Origin: Dongiaceae bacterium
GTDB lineage: Bacteria > Pseudomonadota > Alphaproteobacteria > Dongiales > Dongiaceae
DNA length: 42,390 bases
Assembly: GCA_035251915.1 (NCBI GenBank)
Contig: DATFDU010000102.1
Coordinates: 1-42,390 of the forward strand
Direction of reading: 5' to 3'
Part shown: positions 37,374-42,390 of the stretch, piece after piece
How the letters are laid out: the number at the start of each line of letters is the position of its first letter
Numbering within the stretch: position 1 is the first letter of the stretch
Translations under genes and position numbers: made by a program
Notes under the pieces: model-generated
The model's input: the letters and a program-made list of their open reading frames with translations, nothing else
The model's database searches: none
What the model was told of the DNA's origin: nothing

Positions 37374-38294
37374 ATGCAAACCGCCCTCCTGATTGAGCAG
37401 ATCCTGAACGGTCTGCAGTTCGGCGTCATGCTGTTCCTGATGGCGGCCGGACTGACGCTGATCTTCGGCGTCATGGGCGTGATCAATCTGGCGCACGGTT
37501 CGCTCTACATGCTCGGCGCCTTCGCCTGTGCTGCGGTCGCGGCGGCGACCGGCTCGTTCTGGCTCGGACTCGTCGCCAGCCTTGCGACAGCGGCCGCCGC
37601 CGGTGCGATTGTCGAGCTTCTCGTCGTCCGCCGGCTCTATGATCGCGATCACCTCGACCAGGTGCTTGCCACCTTTGCGCTGATCCTGATCTTCTCGGAA
37701 GGGACACGCTGGCTGTTCGGGTCCTTTCCGCTCTATCTCGACATACCGCCCGTGCTGTCCGGTGCGATCGACCTCCCTGGCGGCGCGCGCTATCAGCTCT
37801 ATCGCCTGGCGATCATCGGGGTCGGCATCGCGGTCGCGATCGGGCTCTATCTGCTGATCTCGAAGACTAGGCTCGGGATGCGCATCCGCGCAGGCCAGTC
37901 GGACCGCGAAATGATCGCCGCGCTCGGCGTGGACATTCAGACGCTGTACACAGTCGTCTTTGCGCTCGGCGCGGCGCTTGCCGGCCTCGCCGGCGCCATG
38001 GTCGGCGCGCTGCAGTCCGTGCAGGTCGGCATGGGCGAGCCGGTGCTGATCCTCGCCTTCGTCGTCATCGTCATCGGCGGCATCGGCTCGATCAAGGGCG
38101 CATTGGTCGGTGCCGCTCTCGTCGGTCTTGTCGACACGCTCGGCCGTTTCCTGCTGCCAAAGGTCTTCGCGCTTTTTCTCGGCCCTTCCGAGGGCACAAC
38201 TGTCGGGGCGGCACTCGCCTCGATGCTGATCTATGTCGTGATGGCGCTGATCCTGGCCTTCCGGCCGCGGGGCCTGTTCGCGGCAGGCACATGA
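37374..38294 (+). CDS. Liv-type ABC permease (LivH-like)
   Basis: GLTLIFGVMGVINLAHG, TRLG..IRA, FVVIVIGGIGS..GA, RPRGLF. Confidence 0.94.
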   Translation: MQTALLIEQILNGLQFGVMLFLMAAGLTLIFGVMGVINLAHGSLYMLGAFACAAVAAATGSFWLGLVASLATAAAAGAIVELLVVRRLYDRDHLDQVLATFALILIFSEGTRWLFGSFPLYLDIPPVLSGAIDLPGGARYQLYRLAIIGVGIAVAIGLYLLISKTRLGMRIRAGQSDREMIAALGVDIQTLYTVVFALGAALAGLAGAMVGALQSVQVGMGEPVLILAFVVIVIGGIGSIKGALVGAALVGLVDTLGRFLLPKVFALFLGPSEGTTVGAALASMLIYVVMALILAFRPRGLFAAGT

Positions 38295-39280
38295 AGCGGA
38301 TGCGCAGCGAAACGCCGATCGGTTTCCTTCTGGCGGGATTGCTGCTCCTCGTGCCGCTGGCCGCCTGGGCATTGGACGAGCCCTTCTACATTACGCTGGC
38401 CACGCGTGTGGCGATCCTGGCCCTGGCAGCGGTCGGCCTCAACCTTGCGCTCGGCCTGGGCGGGCTGGTGTCCTTCGGCCATGCCGCCTTCTTCGGAATC
38501 GGCGGCTATACGGCCGGCATCCTGGCCACCCACGCCTCCACTCTTCAGCCCTTGATGACATGGCCGATCGAGGTCGGCGGGTCCGACCAGATGCTTGTCA
38601 TCTGGCCGGTGGCGATGATCCTCTCCGGACTCGTCGCGTTGGTCATCGGCGCGATCAGCCTGCGCACCTCGGGCGTCTATTTCATCATGATCACGCTGGC
38701 TTTTGCGCAGATGATCTACTATTTCGCAATCTCCTGGCCGGCCTATGGCGGCGAGGACGGCGTCCCGCTGGCGCTCCGCAACGCCTTTCCAGCGATCGTC
38801 ACGTCGCTTCCGTTGAACTTCTTCCTCATCTGCTATGCCCTGCTGATCGCGGCGCTGTACCTTTTCGCGCGCATACGCGACTCGCGGTTCGGCGCCGCCC
38901 TGCAGGGAGCGCGGCAGAACGAGGTGCGGCTCGCAGCCGTCGGCATTTCGCCGTTCCCCATACGCCTGGCCGCCTTCGTGCTTTCCGGCATGATGACGGG
39001 ACTCGCCGGTGCGCTGTTTGCCGACCTCAATCGTTTCGTCAGCCCGTCGATGCTCTCCTGGCAGATGTCGGGCGAACTCATCGTGCTCATCCTCCTGGGC
39101 GGCACCGGCCGGCTGTTCGGGCCTGTTGCCGGGGCCATGCTGTTCGTACTGCTCGAATCCATCCTCGGCGGCTTCACCGATCGCTGGCAGCTTTTCCTCG
39201 GTCTCATCCTGCTTGGCGCGGTCTTGTTCGCGCGGGGAGGACTCGTCGGCCTGCTGGCGGGGAAAGTGCATCATGGCTGA
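38291..39280 (+). CDS. Liv-type ABC permease (LivM-like)
   Basis: GLVSFGHAAFFGIG, GVYFIMITLAFAQM, GGEDG, SRFG, LGG.G..FGP..GA. Confidence 0.94.
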   Translation: MKRMRSETPIGFLLAGLLLLVPLAAWALDEPFYITLATRVAILALAAVGLNLALGLGGLVSFGHAAFFGIGGYTAGILATHASTLQPLMTWPIEVGGSDQMLVIWPVAMILSGLVALVIGAISLRTSGVYFIMITLAFAQMIYYFAISWPAYGGEDGVPLALRNAFPAIVTSLPLNFFLICYALLIAALYLFARIRDSRFGAALQGARQNEVRLAAVGISPFPIRLAAFVLSGMMTGLAGALFADLNRFVSPSMLSWQMSGELIVLILLGGTGRLFGPVAGAMLFVLLESILGGFTDRWQLFLGLILLGAVLFARGGLVGLLAGKVHHG

Positions 39281-40022
39281 GACCGTCCTTTCCATCCGGA
39301 ACCTGCGGAAAAGCTTCGGCGCGCTGAAAGCGACGGACAATGTCAGTCTCGATCTTTGCGCAGGCGAGATCCATGCGCTGATCGGACCGAATGGCGCGGG
39401 CAAGACCACCCTCATTCATCAGATCGCCGGCGCCGTCAAACAGGACGGCGGCACGATCGCGTTTCTCGGACGCGACATCGGCGGCCTTGGCGTTGCCGAA
39501 AGGGCTCGGCTCGGCCTTGGCCGCTCGTTCCAGATTTCATCGCTCGCCGCCGAATTCTCCGCGCTCCGCAACGTGATGCTGGCCGTCCAGTCGCGGCAGG
39601 GCTCGAGCCTCCGCGTCCTGCGTCCAGTCATGCGCGATTCCTCCTTGACCGAGCCCGCTTTGGCGATGCTGGAGCGGGTGGGCCTCGCCGGCCGCGCGCA
39701 CGTGCCGGCCGCGGAACTTTCGCATGGGGAGCGCCGCAGGCTGGAGATCGCGATCACGCTGGCGCTTCGCCCCAGGGCCTTCCTGTTCGACGAGCCGATG
39801 GCTGGAATGGGGCCGGAGGGTTCGAAGAGCCTTATCGGACTCTTGAATGATCTCAGGCAGGAGGCGCCCATCCTGCTCGTCGAGCACGACATGGATGCGG
39901 TCTTTGCTCTCGCCGATCGCGTTTCCGTGCTCGTCTACGGGCGGGTCGTCGCAACCGGCAGCGTGAGCGAGATCCGCAGCAATACGGAGGTCCGCCGCGC
40001 CTATTTCGGGGAGCACCTCTGA
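39273..40022 (+). CDS. Liv-type ABC ATPase (LivG-like)
   Basis: Start revised to MAETVL (39273); IGPNGAGKTT, LSHGERRRLE, DEPMAG, VEHDMD. Confidence 0.94.
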   Translation: MAETVLSIRNLRKSFGALKATDNVSLDLCAGEIHALIGPNGAGKTTLIHQIAGAVKQDGGTIAFLGRDIGGLGVAERARLGLGRSFQISSLAAEFSALRNVMLAVQSRQGSSLRVLRPVMRDSSLTEPALAMLERVGLAGRAHVPAAELSHGERRRLEIAITLALRPRAFLFDEPMAGMGPEGSKSLIGLLNDLRQEAPILLVEHDMDAVFALADRVSVLVYGRVVATGSVSEIRSNTEVRRAYFGEHL

Positions 40023-40705
40023 TGCTCCTGGAAGTATCGGGTCTCGAAGCGTTCTATGGCGCCTCCCAGGCTCTTTTCGGCGTGGACCTTGCCATCGATG
40101 ACGGCGAGGTCGTCGCGCTCCTGGGACGCAACGGCATGGGAAAGACGACGACGATCTGCTCGATCCTCGGTCTCTTGCGGTCGCGAAGCGGAAGCGTTCG
40201 CTTTGGCGGTACGGAGACCTCAGCGTTGCCTGCTCACCGCATCGCCCGCCTGGGAGTCGGACTCGCTCCCGAAGGCCGCCGTTGCTTTTCCAACCTGACG
40301 GTGCGCGAAAACCTGCTGGCGGCGGCGCGGCCAGGCTCTTGGACGCTTGCCCGCGTCGCAGCGCTCTTTCCCCGGCTCGCAGAGCGGAGGGACCAGTATG
40401 CCAATACACTCTCGGGCGGCGAACAGCAGATGCTTGCGATCGGCCGCGCATTGATGACCAATCCGAAGCTCCTGATCCTGGACGAGGCGACCGAAGGACT
40501 GGCGCCGGTGATCCGGCAGGACATCTGGGCCGCCATTCGCAGCCTGAAGGCGGGCGGTCAGTCGATCCTCGTGGTCGACAAGGCGCTCGCTGAATTGCTG
40601 CCGATCGCCGACCGCGCCTTTGTTCTGGAGAAAGGCGTGACCGTCTGGCGAGGGCGGCCTGACGAACTCACGGCGCAACTTCAGGACCGCTATCTCGGGG
40701 TCTGA
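40022..40705 (+). CDS. Liv-type ABC ATPase (LivF-like)
   Basis: LGRNGMGKTT, PEGRR.F.NLTV.ENL, LSGGEQQMLAIGRAL, LDEATEGLAP. Confidence 0.94.
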   Translation: MLLEVSGLEAFYGASQALFGVDLAIDDGEVVALLGRNGMGKTTTICSILGLLRSRSGSVRFGGTETSALPAHRIARLGVGLAPEGRRCFSNLTVRENLLAAARPGSWTLARVAALFPRLAERRDQYANTLSGGEQQMLAIGRALMTNPKLLILDEATEGLAPVIRQDIWAAIRSLKAGGQSILVVDKALAELLPIADRAFVLEKGVTVWRGRPDELTAQLQDRYLGV

Positions 40706-42390
40706 TCCGCTGCGCGCCGCCCTTGCTGAACCCCGGCGGTCCCCGTTGCGGCTGCCCGGCGCCTGGCGAGCTGCAGCGCCGCGATTGCCGCGGCGGCGGC
40801 GAGGCCCGCCGCGATGGGGATGGCGGTCGATGGCTGCGGAGCTTTCTCGACGACTGCCACGACGTCGTACCCGACGTCGAGGCCGATGCGCTTGGCATAC
40901 GATCCGAAGTCGACGTTGGTAATCATCAAGCTGTCGCCGGCGGGTGTGATGCTCAAGCCGGCAGACTGCAGGCGCTGCAACGGTTCGCCCGGGTCTCCGA
41001 GCGGAATGTTGACGGTCTTACGCACGTCCTCGCCCATCAGGTCGATGCCCTCGACCACGAACGAGAGCCGTCCATCCGCCGGCGTCCGCTCGACGGCCGA
41101 CAGGAACTCCGTGGCCGGCACTTCCCGGTATGGCGGCGAAATCTGGTTGAGCCACCAGTCCGGCCGGAACAGGGTGAAGCAGACCAGCAGCAGGACCGCG
41201 CTTTCCCACACGCGGGACTTCGTGACGAACCAGTTCATGGTGGCGGCCGAGAACAGGAGGATCGCGACCAGCGCGGCGCTCACCACCAGGGTCGTGTGCG
41301 CCCAGCCTCCATCGCCGATCAGCAGAATCGCCGGATTGAAGATGAAGACGAACGGCAGGATTGCGGTGCGCAGCGAATAGAGCGCGCCCTGGAAGCCGGT
41401 GGCGATCGGGTCTTCCTTCGAGATGGCGGCGGCCGCGAAGGAAGCAAGGCCAACGGGCGGCGTGATATCGGCCATGATGCCGAAGTAGAACACGAACAGG
41501 TGGACGGCGATGAGCGGTATGGCAAGCCCCGCCTGCGCGCCCAGATCGACCACCACCGGCGCCATCAGCGTCGCGACCAGGATGTAGTTGGCCGTGGTCG
41601 GGATGCCCATGCCCAGCACGAGGCTGATCGCTGCGATCAGGATCAGCATCAGGATGACGTTGCCCCCGGAGATGAACTCGACAAGCTCCGTCATCATCAG
41701 GCCGAGGCCGGTCAGCGTGATGGTGCCGACGACGATGCCAGCCGTCGCGGTCGCGACCGCGATGCCGATCATGTTGCGCGAGCCGAGCGCGAGCCCGTCG
41801 ACCAGGTCTTCCGCAGCCGCGCGGAGCGCGGACGCGAACGCCTGCTTGCGGAACAGGGCCATCAGCGGCTTGCGCGTCAGGACGATGCCGATGATGCTGG
41901 CCGTCGCCCAGAAGGCGGACAGACCCGGCGACATCTGCGCCACCATCAGGCACCAGAGGAGCACGGCGATCGGGATCAGGAAATCGAGGCCGGTCCGCGT
42001 CACCTCCCAGGCCCGCGGCAGCTGCACGATCGGCGCGTGCGGATCATCGAGCGCGAGATCCGGAAATCGCGATGCGTACCAGAGCGTGAACACATAGAGC
42101 GCCACGCCCGCGATTGCCAGCAGCACCGGTGCCGCGGACCCGAAGGCGGCGACGATCGCGAGAATGCCGTAGTAGAGAAGGCAGATGGTTGCGATGGTGC
42201 CGGAGAGGCCCAGTCCCATGCGCAACAGCCGCTCCTTCCCGGGAACGACCGGCTGCGGGATCGGCTTCAGATCCGCCTTGATGGCCTCGAGATGCACGAT
42301 ATAGAGCAGCGCGACATAGGAGAAGACCGCAGGCAGCAGCGCATGCTTGACGATCTCCGCATACGGAATGCCAACATACTCGACCATCAG
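40690..42390 (-). CDS. Fused TRAP transporter permease (TAXI-type 4TM/12TM), 5' end outside the window
   Basis: LGMGIPTTANYI, AVHLFVFYFGIMADITPPVGLA, AILPFVFIFNP and C-terminal LFRPDWW domain; overlaps the LivF-like 3' end by 16 bp. Confidence 0.92.
   Translation of the reverse strand: MMVEYVGIPYAEIVKHALLPAVFSYVALLYIVHLEAIKADLKPIPQPVVPGKERLLRMGLGLSGTIATICLLYYGILAIVAAFGSAAPVLLAIAGVALYVFTLWYASRFPDLALDDPHAPIVQLPRAWEVTRTGLDFLIPIAVLLWCLMVAQMSPGLSAFWATASIIGIVLTRKPLMALFRKQAFASALRAAAEDLVDGLALGSRNMIGIAVATATAGIVVGTITLTGLGLMMTELVEFISGGNVILMLILIAAISLVLGMGIPTTANYILVATLMAPVVVDLGAQAGLAIPLIAVHLFVFYFGIMADITPPVGLASFAAAAISKEDPIATGFQGALYSLRTAILPFVFIFNPAILLIGDGGWAHTTLVVSAALVAILLFSAATMNWFVTKSRVWESAVLLLVCFTLFRPDWWLNQISPPYREVPATEFLSAVERTPADGRLSFVVEGIDLMGEDVRKTVNIPLGDPGEPLQRLQSAGLSITPAGDSLMITNVDFGSYAKRIGLDVGYDVVAVVEKAPQPSTAIPIAAGLAAAAAIAALQLARRRAAATGTAGVQQGRRAADQTPR

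Noticed and set aside
107-42097. Many long alternative-frame and antisense ORFs (e.g. 4435-6303+, 13940-15496+, 25583-27379-, 31307-33103+)
   Set aside because: They shadow well-supported genes, are Arg/Ala/Pro-rich without motifs, and are expected in high-GC DNA.

Overview
GC-rich bacterial window, probably alphaproteobacterial (inferred from gene content and style). It is a dense nutrient-uptake and catabolism island with no mobile element, RNA gene or CRISPR array that I can support. Left to right: (1) a clpB fragment (+) joined at ~340 to a truncated xanthine-dehydrogenase-family molybdoenzyme operon (M-S-L, -), a likely chimeric or rearranged junction. (2) Module A (3045-13943): two sugar ABC importers (CUT1 and CUT2) with an internal RidA, divergent from creatininase-family + Gfo/Idh/MocA + FadR-type GntR. 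(3) Module B (13967-27469): Dpp/Opp importer + M32 carboxypeptidase, divergent from an atypical long GntR + creatininase-family + ketopantoate-reductase-like + SDR + M20 peptidase + amidase, with two matching 20-bp operator palindromes between them. (4) Module C (27491-35996): GntR, divergent Dpp/Opp importer with an unusual Tat-type binding protein and a GGT-family hydrolase, controlled by overlapping divergent promoters containing a TTATYR x4 repeat. (5) A Liv-type ABC importer and a partial fused TRAP permease. The best candidates for undescribed biology are the orphan catabolic pathways of modules B and A. Family assignments come from motif recognition, and all substrate assignments are inference.
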